A stretch of DNA of 64,000 bases from Eledone cirrhosa (GCA_964016885.1 OZ024743.1:25606001-25670000); one strand, 5' to 3'; shown: positions 15,134 through 30,299, counted from the stretch's first letter. Numbers and translations: made by a program. Notes: a model not told the origin generated them from the letters alone.

Positions 15134-15292
15134 TTAAGGGTGAAAGCAGCGATTTTTTGCTTAAACTTTAACCTGTTATTTTAATAAATATTTGCTCTAG
15201 GGTTCTTATATATTTGATATATATTTATCCTTATCGAGCCCTATTTGGGTTTTAGTCTTCACATTTATTATTATTACTATTATTATTTTTAC
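15134..15292. repeat. Dispersed repeat family associated with TA tracts
   Basis: 15134-15185 is the reverse complement of ~41609-41660; 15258-15281 equals window positions 1-24. Confidence 0.7.
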
Positions 15293-15310
15293 TATATATA
15301 TATATATATA

Positions 15311-15692
15311 GTTATACTTTGGGAGAGTCATGTTGCCAATAAGAAACACACGCACCATGACCCTCCCAAAGTATAACAATATCGGGTTTCAACACACGTT
15401 TTCAGATAAAGAATCTTGCTAAACAAATTCAAAAACGAAATATATATATATATTGTTATACTTGGTTGGTTTTCGCTTCTGTATCTTTTATATCTCCACA
15501 GTTAATTCATTTGGTCCTCCATATTTATCATTGATTGACCAACGGTAAAAAATACAGATATAAACACATATATATATATTGTCTAACAAAGTTCTTTCGT
15601 TGCACATCTGCAACATCATCAGTGGTACTATTATGTTCCTCCTGTTGTATTGTGTGTCTACGCCATTTTTCAAGAAAAATGGCGTAGGCATA
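15311..15692. mobile_element. Two adjacent F1 pLTR remnants with fold-back ends
   Basis: GTTATACTTTGGGAGAGTCATG...CATGACCCTCCCAAAGTATAAC inverted pair plus extension. The second unit (15451-15692) matches 42200-42440 and ends in the hairpin TGTCTACGCCATTTTT-caag-AAAAATGGCGTAGGCA. Confidence 0.8.
15584..15627 (-). ncRNA. Minimal type-I hammerhead ribozyme (F1 pLTR)
   Basis: tacca CTGATGA t-gttgca-gatg-tgcaac GAAA gaac TT tgtta; stem I has one mismatch. Confidence 0.7.
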
Positions 15693-15859
15693 TATGTTGA
15701 TTTAAAACTGCACTATTCACAAGTGTTTTTTAACCTTCATATCATGTCTCCCTATTTTATGTGACGAAAACGCAAATGTCATCGCATGATGATATTTGTT
15801 TTTGAAATGCGCATAATAAAATACATGGAACTCTTTTAACCATCTTTTGATCTTATATA

Positions 15860-15910
<51 letters not shown>

Positions 15911-16047
15911 TATATATGCTTCCTTCTCTCAAGAGTTGCGACCGACAGAGAGTATTAGCAATAAAAAGACCAATTCAATGAAAACAGTTTCCTGGGTCCG
16001 ATCTGATGACTGTGTCTATTTAAGTGCATATGCGTGTGTGTGTGTAT

Positions 16048-16125
<78 letters not shown>

Positions 16126-16193
16126 TTTTGTGTATGTGCTTGTGTGTGTATACCCTCCTTGTACAGTATCGTTTTGCTGTTGTTTATCACACA

Positions 16194-16247
<54 letters not shown>

Positions 16248-16293
16248 TCTTTTACCTGTTTCAGCCATCCGGTTGTGTGTGTGCGTGTGTGTG

Positions 16294-16386
<93 letters not shown>

Positions 16387-16725
16387 CTCTTTATTTTCCG
16401 TATTGATTGTCTTTTCTACAATATGTTACTCTACCTTCAGGCCAGAATTTGGCACATTGTAAAATTTCCACATATTGGAAACATTGTCAGTTTCTCATAA
16501 CGAATTAATGGCTCCTTCGTTGAAAACTTATTAGTAAAGTCTTCTTTCTTAGCTAACTAAATGTTCAGCCAACAAAACTATGTCCTAGAGACACGCATTT
16601 CTTCTTATTTGTATTTTTCACTTTTATTCCCATTCACATTCTTTGTCTTTCTCTCTCTCTCTATCTATCTATCTATATATATATCTGTCCCCTTCTTTTG
16701 TGCCCCTGTGGCTAATTAAGAAACA

Positions 16726-16756
<31 letters not shown>

Positions 16757-17439
16757 ATATATATATATAGTATATATATATTTCTTACTCCCTTCCTCTT
16801 TCCCCTACTTATATCTTCCTCTCCCTCCCTCCCTCGTTTCTTCTGTCTGTGTGTCCATGTGTACGAGGAGGGTGTTAAGGGTGTGAGTATAAACAGTGTG
16901 TATACAACGGAAAGTATAGGAGACAGCCACTGTAGAGCTCGAGTCTTTTTGACCCATTGTTCAGTGAAACAAGTCGAAAATATTCATACCGATACTCCTA
17001 CGATACATTACTGGCAAAATACAACGCACAAATGAAGGAAGGTAAAAATGGACGAAATAGAAAGAATATTACGCATGTTTGAGCAACAACACTGGAATTG
17101 ATCACATGTATTACAAAAGGGTAAGAAAGTGGCATGATGGGAATGTTAACAGATTAGTGGTGCCAAGATAGTTGTAAGAGACACAGGAAGAACAAAGACT
17201 GGAAGAGAGAAAAAAGAGAAAGAGAGAGATGACGATTGAGGGAGTGAGTTAGAGAAAGTAACAGTAGTAGTAGCAATCTCAAATTTAGGTTTCAAAAATA
17301 GGTTGTGTCGGTTACGATGATAATATCAGTCACAAATTAACACCCCGGACAACTGAGAGACACAGAAAACTAGGAAAAGCCGGCACATGTGTAATATATT
17401 CCTGTATATTTTTATTTTGCATGTGGCGTATTTGGTCTT

Positions 17440-18150
17440 ACAATAATTTTGAAAAAAAACAAAAACCTGTTGTAATGTATCGGCCTGGGACACATCACAG
17501 CACCTCAGATACTAGTTAAGAGTATAGTACATAAAGTTGTAGCCTGGTACATGTTGATGAAAAATTAAACACGGAAATCACTTCTCGCATTCAAAAAGAA
17601 ACAAAAGCTTTTGACAGCCTAAAATCCAAAGTCTGGTTACAGTTCCATATTGAATTTGACATTAAGATTGTGGTATATGTCTTATTTGATATTTTTGCAT
17701 TTATGTATTCTTCTGAATCCTGGACAATATACACATAAATGTTGGAAAGTTTTCACCAGAAATGTCTCCACCACGTCCTCACATAAGCTGGCCCTCCCTC
17801 TTTGCTAACACTGAAGTTCTTGCTGAAGATCGAACACAACAATCAAAGCCATGCTTATTAGGAATCAACTATGACGGACATGTTATCTCATCTGTATGGA
17901 TCATGAGCGCATTCCCAAGCAGAAGTTTTATAGTGAGTATATGCTGGGAAAGTGTTAAAATATTAAGCCAAAGAAAAGATACAACGACTATTTAAAACCA
18001 AATTTGAAAAGTCTTAAAATATGATATAAATTCTCGAATCACTTGAGGCGGGGTGAACTATAATTCAGAGCACATTGAAAATTGTAAATTTGATAGAGTT
18101 AAGAATGTTGAAATGAAAGGTCCGTAAAGATGAGATTAATAACAATAGCC
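17440..18150 (+). mobile_element. Degenerate RTE-type LINE ORF2 3' region
   Basis: Frameshifted motifs KAF..LKSKVW, YSSESWT, LESFHQKCL.HVL.ISW, NTEVL, GHV. Confidence 0.7.
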
Positions 18151-18246
18151 ATAGGATGGATTTTCATTCTTTCTTTAAATGTTCCTTATACCCACTAGAA
18201 TATATTTAAGTTGTTATGGTACGTATCGGTAATATTGGTACATGCA

Positions 18247-18457
<211 letters not shown>

Positions 18458-18597
18458 GTGTTAAACAATATTCAATGAGTATGTCAAAGAATGAGTTTTA
18501 CAGTAGATTGGAAGCACTCTACGAAAAAATTAGTTTCCGGAGTTATTAATATTAAAATATAAATATTAATAAATTAGATGTTCTTTTGATCAATTAC

Positions 18598-18650
18598 ATT
18601 TTATTATACATATTTCGGATGTACAACAGTACGTCCTCATCAGACAAAAT
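18598..18650 (-). ncRNA. Minimal type-I hammerhead ribozyme, sense copy in the Naiad 3' pLTR
   Basis: attttgt CTGATGA ggacgtac-tgtt-gtacatcc GAAA t-atgt-a TA ataaaat; stems I and II pair and the core is intact. Confidence 0.88.
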
Positions 18651-20192
18651 ATAATGATACATGACATACCCTGAGAGATGTTAAATGATTAAGATTTAAT
18701 CAAGGTAGTGATTAACCTAAGAGAAGATTTAACATATATACCCTAATTATGAGAAAATGCAAAAACGTAATAAATTCATTAGAGAATGTGTGATTAAGAA
18801 AAACGTTGCTTAATGTAAACTGTTATAGAGATTTTAAAATGTATGATACTACAATATATCTAAGAAAACATCTCATGAATCATAACGGCCAGTGATAGCC
18901 ACTGGAAAAGGATTTATAAAGAGGGGAAGATAAGGGGGGGGGGTGATATATGCAGAAGGAGATTTTTTCTGAAAGTTAAACGGTTAAATTTGAAAATATT
19001 TAATTTATAATATTAGGGTGAAGACTCAAGATTTCAGGATTTTTTGCTGGTTATTTATATATTAGTTTCATAAATTCAATAAGTGTGTTAGCATTTCTAA
19101 ACTTCTGAGTTTTATGAGGGTAACATTTAAAGGATTTAGCTGGCACATCAAGAATGAAAAATTATACTGTTGATTCCTAAATTTAAACTTTAACAAAGAT
19201 ACCAACATATTAGGTATGTAAAGCTTTTGAAGTACTTATTGTTATAAATATTTAAATAACGATTATGTATATAGATATATATTAATGAGCCAGTATATTT
19301 TAGGTAAATAATAACGACGAAGATAAAAATAAAATAAAATAATAGATTGAGGCATGTTAAGGTTAAATATACACCTATATATAACTGGGTGTAAATGTAT
19401 TAATTATTCTTTAACGAAGATACCAAACATATTAGGTATGTAAAGCTTCTGAAGTATTTATTGCTAGAAATATTTAAATAACGATTATGTATATAGATTA
19501 CACACATATAATTACATACATATTATAATACATTATATTATATTACATACATATTATAATACATTATAACGATTATGTATATAGATTACATATATATAAT
19601 TACATACATATTATAATACATTATATTATAAATAACGTAGCAAAAATTCACATTTATATATAAGTTTGAATCTGTTTTAAATTTTAGATTTTAAAGTGCA
19701 GTAAATATATTTTTTTTAAATCTATACATATACTATATTATATTATACTATAAATAAGAGATCAAAAACTCCTTAAAAATTCACAGTTATAGATAAGTTC
19801 CGTAAAGATGTATGGATTGGGTGTTAAACTAAAATTTAAAAGATATCAAAAATGCATTAAAAATTCACAATTATAGATAAGTTCCGTAAAGATGTAAGGA
19901 TTGAGTATTAAACTAAATTTTAAAGCATAGATAGGAAGATAGATATAGAAATAAAGAAATAAAGAAATGATGGTATTGATCAAAGTTAATAAAATAAAAT
20001 TATGTGTATCAGTGTTCCGGCATGCTATTGAACAAGTGTCATTCATTCGAGCGTTATTTCTTCTATAGATAGCTATAATATAAAGCAATATTAAAGGCCA
20101 TTAATGTTTTTCCCTGTTGATTATATATTCCTGGTAACCAAGTTATTAATGGTTTAGTGTTATTGTCTCTTTTTTTCTCGTTTTATGGGAGG

Positions 20193-21640
20193 CTAAAAAA
20201 GTGGACGTAGCTTTATGGAGGCAACTAGAGAATAATTCACTTTTTTTTTATTGTTAATTAGGGTCTCATAGTTATTAATAATCAACAGGGTCTCCATTGT
20301 ACAGAGCGGGCAGTTATTTGATATACTAGAGTTGCGGTAAATTCCACAGTTCCGAAGTTTTGTCCAAAGAATGGAGTATTTTAAATTCTTCTCTTTTAAT
20401 GACCATATGAGCTGTGATAAAGACGTGGATGATTTCCTCTTCGATGAGTTCGAGAATGAGCATTTATGGTTCGCAAAACAGGCTTTGAATGTCGAAGAGG
20501 TCGAACCTATGTAGTTGTATGTTTTGTCATCAGTTTTTACGGTGCATTTATAAACCAAATTACTATCTAAACAATTATTTTGGAAAGGGCAATTAGTTTT
20601 ATTTCTACAATTACATTTTGGTTTAGTATCATTTATGTTAACTCTATTATTAGGATCATTATGCTGGTTTGGTTTTAGGATTTTAGTGTTTAATTTGTCA
20701 ATGTTTTGGGCCATGTTTCTGGTTGTAGAATGTGAGAATTTAATGGTATGTCTATTAAAAATGGAATGGTATTTATGTTGAGTAGGGAAAGAGGTGTCAA
20801 GAGCGTTAAAGAATAATTTTGCAATTGGTGTTTTAACTGCGACCGAAGCAGGGGGGGGGGGCATATGACTGATTTAGATCTAGTTCGTATTTTCGATTTA
20901 TTTAGCGTATGGGTGTTTGAATTATAATTATTATAGTTTCTCTTATATATGTTATTATTTGTATTATTATTATTAGGAATAATACTTGGATTATTATTAT
21001 CTACATATTCTATATTATTCACATATCCTGCTCTTTTTAACGCGTTGTTGTAGTATTCAGCGTTTTTATCAAATATATCTTTATTGGCTGATATTTTATT
21101 AATACGTTTTTGCAAACTATTTACTATAGCTTTTTTTTTTACAGATCTAGGGTGATTTGAATAGTTACTAACATAGTTTAAGTTTTCATTAGGCTTATGA
21201 AAAGGGTATTTAGAAGCCAGTGTTTAAGTTAAAGGTAACGTCTAGGAAATTAACTATTTTGGTACCATTTTCTACTTCTAATTTAAGGTCGTATGTTTTA
21301 AAGAATTCTATTATACTTTTCTTTACTCTATTTAGTTCTATATTGTTGTGTTTGACCACCGTAAATAAAATGTCGTCCCTATATAAACCACCGGTAATCT
21401 CCGGCAGTTTTCTATTTATCATGTTTAATATGAAAATTCCCAGAAGATCTGTGATTTGCGCGGAATCAGATGCCCCCATAGTGATATCAAAGTTTCTATC
21501 TCTATCTGAGCGTGTCCCAAATTCGTTATTGAAGTTAATAAGAGTTCTTCTGGCTGTTAAAATTATATCTATTTCATCCGTGGTTAGATCAGTATGCTTA
21601 TAAGCATATGAAAGGGCCTTATTTAGAAGCTTAGGTGTTA
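20193..21640 (-). pseudogene. Frameshifted PLE reverse transcriptase plus C-terminal GIY-YIG endonuclease
   Basis: FDITMGASDSAQ, GLYRDD, NFLDVTFNL, PFHKPN..YV...SNHP, linker CNCRNKTNCP (CxCx5C, diagnostic of Naiad/Chlamys), LVYKC...YIGST, CPLCTME. Split over ORFs 21210-21710, 20690-21115 and 20193-20864. Confidence 0.92.
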
Positions 21641-21863
21641 TGAGATGTTTTCCTAGATATATTGTAGTATCATACATTTTAAAATCTCTATAACAGTTTA
21701 CATTAAGCAACGTTTTTCTTACTCACACATTCTCTAATGAATTTATTAAGTGTTTGCATTTTCTCATAGTTAGGGCATATATGTTAAATCTTCTCTTAGG
21801 TTAATCACTACCTTGATTAAATCTTAACCATTTAACATCTCAGGGTATGTCATGTATCATTAT

Positions 21864-21916
21864 ATTTTGTCTGATGAGGACGTACTGTTGTACATCCGAA
21901 ATATGTATAATAAAAT
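21864..21916 (+). ncRNA. Hammerhead ribozyme, inverted-pLTR copy
   Basis: Identical by eye to the reverse complement of 18598-18650. Confidence 0.88.
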
Positions 21917-21956
21917 GTAATTGATCAAAAGAACATCTATTTTATTAATATTTATA

Positions 21957-22016
<60 letters not shown>

Positions 22017-22598
22017 GTGAAATTATATTTTTTTTGTAATATTTACTTTTAATATAGTGTAAAATTTTACACCTGAATATACTTTTTAAAAAGGTGAAGC
22101 TCTACACAATATAGTTTTTAGCCTATATATAGTATTTGACCTATTTAATGTGTTATATGACTGAAATAATTTTATTTTAGTCTATTCTTATATTACATAT
22201 ATATATGTACTTGCCTATGTACCTATGTATGTATGTTTGTATGTATGTATGTCTTAAATGTGCTAGCATCTAACGTTTTGGCCTTTGAATACGGCACAGT
22301 GACTGAAAGAGTATGTTGCTGCATAGTCCCAAATGATCTACCCTTCCCATTTTGAGTAAAGACCAGTACTGCAATAACTTGGGATTCAATATCTTGATCT
22401 ACAAGAAGTGCAGTATTTCAACATTCTGGTGTTTACAAACGTATTTCACAGGCCGGGACACAAATGAGGTTGACACGCTCAACCCCCCCTCCCCTCACCC
22501 TTAAACAGTCAAACAAGAAAGGAAGGGTATAGAAAATGTAGCAAAAATATTGGTTTTTCAACATGAGCATAGCCCAAGGGCTGAAACAGGTAAAAGCG

Positions 22599-22652
<54 letters not shown>

Positions 22653-22717
22653 TGTATATGTATATATGTGTATATGTGAGTGTGCATGTGTTAGAGCGTG
22701 AGAGACATAGCAAGAAG

Positions 22718-22868
<151 letters not shown>

Positions 22869-23558
22869 GTAAGAGAGAGTCGACTATGAGTATCAGATAT
22901 TTTAACTCTAATAATGAGCCAGAGATGAAGAGACAGCAGGATAGATGTGGAGAAGAATGATAAACAAACCAACACATGAAATAAGGTATTCGGTGGGATA
23001 AGAGCTATCTCAAATAGGGGCCCATACGGACACAGAAAAAGAAAAAGTAAGGGAGGTAATGTTTGAATGACGAGGGAAGAGAAGAAGAATAACGTAAGGG
23101 AGTTAATGTTTGAAGGAGGGTAGTGACGCAGAGGTAAGGGGTGTTGACAAATTAAGAGGGTTTTATTAGTTATTAATTGGACGGAAAGAAAGGCAGGCTC
23201 ACGAGTAATACATACAAATATATACAAAAGAATCATTATGAGATGAAACTGAAAAAAGAAAACGTTGTGGTGGTGGTAGTGGGAATCACTTACGGACTAG
23301 TAAAATAATGGACCACGGGTGGCAAACTAAAAGATACGAAATAAAGACATTAACAACAACAACAACAGCAACAACAACAATAATGGCAACAACAATTATA
23401 AAGTGAAGTGAAATTTCAAGAGCAAATAAGACAGAGCCTAAAGAAAACAAGAAGTGACATTGGGTAAAAGATGGCGTTAAAACGCCATACTGCTTCCAAC
23501 TACAATATCTGCCATAGCCTATTAGTTATCACTCGACAACAGTTCTAGTGGTTTTTCG

Positions 23559-23648
<90 letters not shown>

Positions 23649-23696
23649 CGATATATACATATGTTTATATATATATATATAAATATATATATATTC

Positions 23697-23735
<39 letters not shown>

Positions 23736-23884
23736 TATATATGTATGTATGTATGTGTGTTCGTGTGTGTGTGTTGTGTGTTTGTTTGTGTGTGTGTATA
23801 CACGTTTAAGACTGTCAGCTAGTATGTGTATGTATATTCTCGCTATTATGTTTCGCTGTGTGTGTATGTGTCTGTCTCTCTCTC

Positions 23885-23996
<112 letters not shown>

Positions 23997-24033
23997 CTGA
24001 ATCAGCCATACTTTAACCTGTCTGTCTTTTCAG

Positions 24034-24122
24034 CAGACGATAATCCGTATCGATAGATCGCTTGAAACAGAGGTGAAAGAAAAGAAAGAAGTCGTAGAAG
24101 AAGAACACCTCCTTCAGGTTCC
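24034..24122 (+). CDS. Candidate 89-nt internal coding exon of an unidentified host gene
   Basis: Branch-like CTTTAAC, pyrimidine tract ...GTCTTTTCAG|, open frame QTIIRIDRSLETEVKEKKEVVEEEHLLQV(P), purine-rich body, donor CC|GTGAGT. Confidence 0.5.
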
Positions 24123-24370
24123 GTGAGTCCGTTTTTGACCTCACTAACAGAGAAATACATTCTCGCGAGAATTACTTTATCTAACCTATTCTATGTTCTT
24201 TTTTCTTTTTTTTTTGTTATTATTTTCCATAATTCCCGTCATCCCATCCTCTCTCTTTCTTTCTTTCTTACTTTCTCTGCTTCTCGTTTATCTCTCGGAC
24301 TCCATTTTATTCTGCTTTTTCTAGCCACATCAATCAGACATTTCTTATTCCAAATAATTCATAACACTAT

Positions 24371-24434
<64 letters not shown>

Positions 24435-25019
24435 ATGTATGCGTGTGTATGTGTCGAATCTATTCAGCTGTCCATCTAATTATATACATACATAGATACA
24501 TACCTACATACATACATACATACATACACACACACACATATATATATATATTTAGAGAGAGAGAGCGAGAGAGAGAGGGAGAGAGAGATCCAATCATTAA
24601 TCTATTTATTTATCGGTCTATGAAACTATCTATATATCTATCTAACTATCTATCTCTCTGTGCCCCTGTGGCTAATAAAGAAATATATCTCTCTATATGT
24701 CTATCTATATGTCTATCTATCTATCCATCCTTCTGTCATCTGTTTATTTATCAACTCCCTCCCACTTTGACATCGACCTCAACTTTGTTCCTTGTTTAGC
24801 ATTCGAAAGACACGACTGTCCGCTGATATTAATTTCTAATGATTGCATTCTTCTTTTAACTATGTATTTATGGACGCAGGTCTGTGTATGTTAACATCTT
24901 TATCTTTCTGTACAAATGTCTGCTTATATATATACGTGTGTGGGCTTGTGTATATGTATGTATATGATATATGTATAAGTATACGTGTGTATATTTCTGT
25001 ATATGTATATATATATATG

Positions 25020-25150
<131 letters not shown>

Positions 25151-26975
25151 GAAGTACATATACTTAGATGTCTACATAGATACTCACATCGCATTACTCA
25201 CACATTTACACACACATAAACATATACTTGTGTGTGTATGATTCATTGCGAGTGTATATTTAAGTATATGCGTTGGCTTTCACTTTGCTATGTGTGTGTG
25301 TGTGGTGTTTGTATGTGTGTATGTGTATGTGTAACTTATGTACGTGTGTATGTGTATGTGTAACTTTACAGAAGGACATGGAGGTATCCTAATATATAGA
25401 CTGTGTTTATGTACATCTTTAAACTACCCACTAGATAAGAATGCACCACTATAACTAATTCATTTGCCCTTTTGTAATCTTGTATATACGCATATATCTA
25501 TCTATACGATCTTGATCAGAAGTTCGTTATAGTCCTTAATACTTATATCTGAACCATTTGCTCCAATCTCCTTCTCTGACACGATTGAAATGCTTCATAT
25601 TATTGTAGCAATGTCGCTGTTATTTATCATGTTTGATCCATGATTATACCACTTCTTATCCGTCTTCACATAGGTACCTCTTCGAACTTATCTATAAACA
25701 TACTCGAGCTTGGCGAGGACTCGGTAATGATGTCTGTCATTATGCTTACTCTGTTCAGTTGTCGCAAGGTCCATGTTTGGGCTTAGCATCTTTCATTTTT
25801 CATTATAAAGAAATAATTATTTCTCTAATTATTTTCGGCTAAAATTTGGTTGTGCAGCTAAAGTCAGATGTTTCTACTTCTGAGTCATCTTTGACTGTCT
25901 CTTTGCCATATTTCTTCCCTATCGAATCTTGGAAGGTATTAGACAAGAGTTTATATGTCTATGCTTCTCTTACTAGATTTTGGAATTCTGTTTTGATTTG
26001 GGATTTTTATTTTGTACTGGTCTGGTCTCTTCCAATCCTCCTTTTTGAGGCTGGCGGGGACCATGGACATCTATGCGTCCATAATTCTCGTCAGGATAAA
26101 AGTGACGCCAGTAGGTCTGTGTATTCGTACTGGATAGCCGATGGCTATCCTGAGTTCCTCGGCCCTTTGATGGGTTTTGTTTATCATCCCGTAGAGTGTC
26201 CGAAAATCACCTTCCTTAGTCGCCGATGATTCGACCATCTGAAAGTTTATTCTGTTTTTTTTTTATCTTTATCTAAATCCTTTCTTGGTGTAGTTAGTTT
26301 CTATATATATGTCCCCTTTCTGTGTATAATTTTATAACAAGCGTTAATCTTACCAATCTTTGAGTCTGTAAGAACACATATGGAAAGAATGGTTTAAGCT
26401 TTAAGCAGGAATTTAATGCAAGTTGCAAAACTATTAATATGTAAAATTAACATATTTTCTCAACACAGATGTGTCTCCACTGGTTTTAAAATGGGTTCCT
26501 TGTCCCCCTGCACTCTACACGGTCACTCGAAGTTCTAGAAATATTCCTAAAACCACACTCTACCATCATAGCAGAGGACGAACATAACGAATAATAAAGT
26601 AATAAACAAACAAAAAAGGCGGGATCGTTTTGATCATAGGTCTGCTCCATCAGAGCTGATCTAAGACTAGGGATCTAGGGACAACAATATATATACACAT
26701 TTGTTTGTTATTTACCCCTTGCTCGACTATGACTGAACAGATAAATACTCTATTCACACCAACAATTCACCATCTATGTAAATAAATAGCCAGATAAAGC
26801 GACCAAGCTAAAATCTCGAAGTTACTGATATTTTTCACTTTAGAAAATAAATATCAACACTCTACCAACACCAAGTGATATAGTTTAAATATTTAAAATA
26901 CTACGGTATTTTTAAACACATTCTTATACACACACACACATATATTATATATATATTATATTATATATATTATAT

Positions 26976-27072
<97 letters not shown>

Positions 27073-27671
27073 TGTACATTCGCCGTTTCGTATTATTAGA
27101 CATATTTTTTCTTATATATCCAGAAATGGAAATACGAAGTTGAGTCACATTTAACAATTATGCCTCATACCTATCTGACCTGCTGTAAGAAAATAGAATG
27201 ACAATTTTACGTTGCGCATTTAAAATTAATTATCCATATACTTAAGAATTCAGTAAGCTTCGTTTTATCTTTACACTGCACTAGTCTTTCTGATGCCAAT
27301 CATGCCAAATTGAATGCCATCATCCAAGATTTCCTTAATGCTTCGGGTCAAATGACAGTCATATGTTATTCATTATTATACATAAATTCATAAATTCTTA
27401 TATGTATGCTTGTGTGCTTCTGTGTGTGTATATATATATGTGTGTGTGTGTAATAGGTTATAAGTGTTTACACAAACAGAGTTAGAATAATCAATAGATA
27501 TAGTAGGTTATAATACATATAAAATGGTACAGGGTATTAGTGATAATAAGTTGCAACTAAAAATTCTACGTTCAGATTATGCTACAAATAAAACTTTTAG
27601 TTACTATGTATCAGCACTAACAGACTCTATTGTATATATTTATATATTTATATATATATATATATATATAG

Positions 27672-27730
27672 CGAGGGAAAAGTGGTAAGGAACCAGGTGG
27701 ACCATAACGCACCAAAGTACTCAATACTTA
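27672..27730. mobile_element. Terminal fragment of family F2
   Basis: GTGGTAAGGAACCAGGTGGACCATAACGCACCAAAGTACTCAATACTTA, between TA runs. Confidence 0.8.
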
Positions 27731-28138
27731 TATATTAGAAAATACACCCGTTGAGGAATAGAACGAAGTCGATCTCGGATTTACAGAAACCTAGCGGAGA
27801 TGTTATATGTTATATGTGATGTATATTGTATGCTATACGTTATGTGTTGCATTTGATGTCTATGTGACGGTCCAGGTCAGTCAAAACTTTTTCCTGAGTT
27901 CACTATTTTTCGTCGCTATGGCAATGCGGCCCGACTATCGGTCGCTGTATTTGATTTGTAAAGCTGTCTAAACGTAATGTTATAACTCTGGGGTAATATT
28001 CACCATTGAGTGCTTAGCTGCACACCGAATCTGCATTCGTTAGCTTGGCTGCTGCCAAAAGCTTCGTTGATGCTGTACTAAAATTAGTATATATATATAT
28101 ATATATATACACATTTTAGTACAGCATCAACGAAGCTT

Positions 28139-28220
<82 letters not shown>

Positions 28221-28224
28221 CATG

Positions 28225-28304
<80 letters not shown>

Positions 28305-28412
28305 TTGTATATATGATATGTATATATATATACTCTCCTTACTATCCCTGCTTTCATATATCTTCTTGCTCCACTTTTCTCACTAAATTTATATATAAAC
28401 AAGTACATAGAT

Positions 28413-29416
28413 ACAAGGAGAGCAAGAAGAGCGAGGAGGGCAAAGAGAGCAAGGAGAGAAATGGAGAGCAAGTAGAGCAATAAGAAAAGGAGAGCAAGAA
28501 GAGCAATGAGAAAAGGAGAGCAAGGAGATCAATGAGACCAAGGAGAGAAGGAGAAAAGGAGAGCAATGAGAAAGAGAGAGCCAGTAGAGAAATGGAGAGC
28601 AATGAGAGCAATGAGAAAAGGAGAGCAAAGAGAGCAATGAGAAATGGAGAACAAGGAGAGCAAAGAGTAAAGGGCAGCAAGGAGATCAAGGAGTAAAGGG
28701 GGAGCAAGGAGAGGAAGAAGAAAATATAGCAATGATAAAAAGGAGAAAAGGAGAGCAAGGAAATCAAGGCAAGCAAGGAGAGAAGGAGAGCAAGGAGAAA
28801 AAGAGAGCAAGGAGAGCAATGAGAAAAGGGGAGCAAGATCAAGGAGTAAAGAAGAGCAAGGAGAGCAAGGAGAGCATTGAGAAAAGGGGAGCAAGGAGAT
28901 CAAGGAGTAAAGGAGAGCAAAGAGAGCAATGAGAAATGGAGTACAAGGAGAGCAAGGAGTAAAGGAGAGCAAGGAGAGCAATGAGAAAGGGAGAGCAATG
29001 AGAGCCAGTAGAGAAATGGAGAGCAATGAGAGCAATGAGAAAAGGAGAGCAAGGAGAGCAATGAGAAAAGAGGAGCAAGGAGATCAAGGAGTAAAGGGAG
29101 AGCAAGGAGGGGAAGAAGAAAAGATAGCAATGAGAGGAAAGAGAAAGGGAAAGCAAGGAGATGAAGGAGAGCAAGGAGATAATGAGAGCAAGGAGAGCAA
29201 GGAGAAAGGGAGAGCAAGGAGAGCAATGAGAAAAGGGGAGCAAGGAGATCAAGGAGTAAAGGAGAGTAAGGAGAAAAGGAGAGAAAGGGGAGAAAGGAGA
29301 GCAAAAGGAGAGCAAGGAGAGCAAAAGGAGAAGGAGAGCAAGGAGAGTAATGAGAAAAGGAGAGCAAGGAGATGATTGAGATATGGAGAGCAAGGAGAAC
29401 AGGGAGAGCAAGGAGA
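28413..29416. repeat. Purine-rich degenerate minisatellite built on GGAGAGCAA
   Basis: Recurrent 9-mer variants (GGAGAGCAA, TGAGAAAA, GGAGATCAA, GGAGTAAA) with a higher-order duplicated block (~28575-28860 vs ~28998-29270). Confidence 0.9.
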
Positions 29417-30249
29417 GGTTACGGCAAATATTGCTAAAGTTATGCTGGAAGCAAACAAAGGTGAAGAAGAGGAAGAAGAAAACAATCAACTGAAGAGATA
29501 CATTCTGCACCAAAATGACTTTTCTTCCTTTATGAACATCAAATTTTCGTCTTTTGTAACTCATGGTCCAAAAACTTTCTTCATGAGATTTTCTATCAGC
29601 ACTGATTTCCCTGACCAAGACTTTTCAACATGGAAGGATGATCCTGGTTACGAAAGTAGACTTGAAAAACTTGAGAAGACAGTTGTTGTAAATAATGTTG
29701 CAGAAAGAGGTCTCAAACTCATTCAGGATTACAATATCATTCTCACAAAAGATGAAACTGAGAAACAATTTGTTTTACATATCGTTACCGAAAACTGTAA
29801 AACATACCCAGCTGCCACTAAATCCTATCTCATGCAAAAATAATGTTCAATATTCAGTGTTCAGTGTTCATATTATATTTTTGATTCTATAGAAATTATT
29901 GTTGTAAATAAAAGTTAAGAAAACCTAATATTTCTTAAGTTTTTCATGTTATTTCAGGATTTTTCCAAATTAACTATTGGTAAGTTTGGTTCAGAACGTT
30001 TTTAAACATTTTCTTGGGTTGCCTGGATGTGTCCACATAAATTTCTCTACGAAGAAAAAGAAAATGGTCGAGATAGGGAACAGTATACCGCTTTTGAACA
30101 GGATTAATCGTTGCGTATATTATGTTCCAACTTCAAGGCATTTGAGGGTCACCTAACAGTTGTCCGATTGCGCTGAAATTTTGCACACCTCGTGTTTTTT
30201 GTTGCTTGGAACATAATTAAGGAAAAATTACTTATTGCTAAGGGCCACC

Positions 30250-30253
<4 letters not shown>
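29417..30253 (+). mobile_element. 3' part of a hAT-superfamily (hATm-like) DNA transposon
   Basis: C-terminal transposase motif VVNNVAERGLKLIQDYN...TKDETEKQFVL with stop at 29843. The terminus ...GGCCACCCTAA (complement of TTAGGGTG) abuts (TA)n. Confidence 0.65.

Positions 30254-30299
<46 letters not shown>

Noticed and set aside
19990-20055. SECIS-like ATGA...AA...GA downstream of the Naiad ORF (some Naiads encode selenoproteins)
   Set aside because: Helix length and pairing do not fit, and no in-frame TGA was seen at the conserved Cys positions.
21641-21710. N-terminus of ORF 21210-21710
   Set aside because: It derives from the inverted pLTR, not from the RT gene.
28413-29416. Collagen-like (GEQ)n coding or CRISPR-like array
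   Set aside because: Frames break frequently and there are no unique spacers; it is a degenerate satellite.
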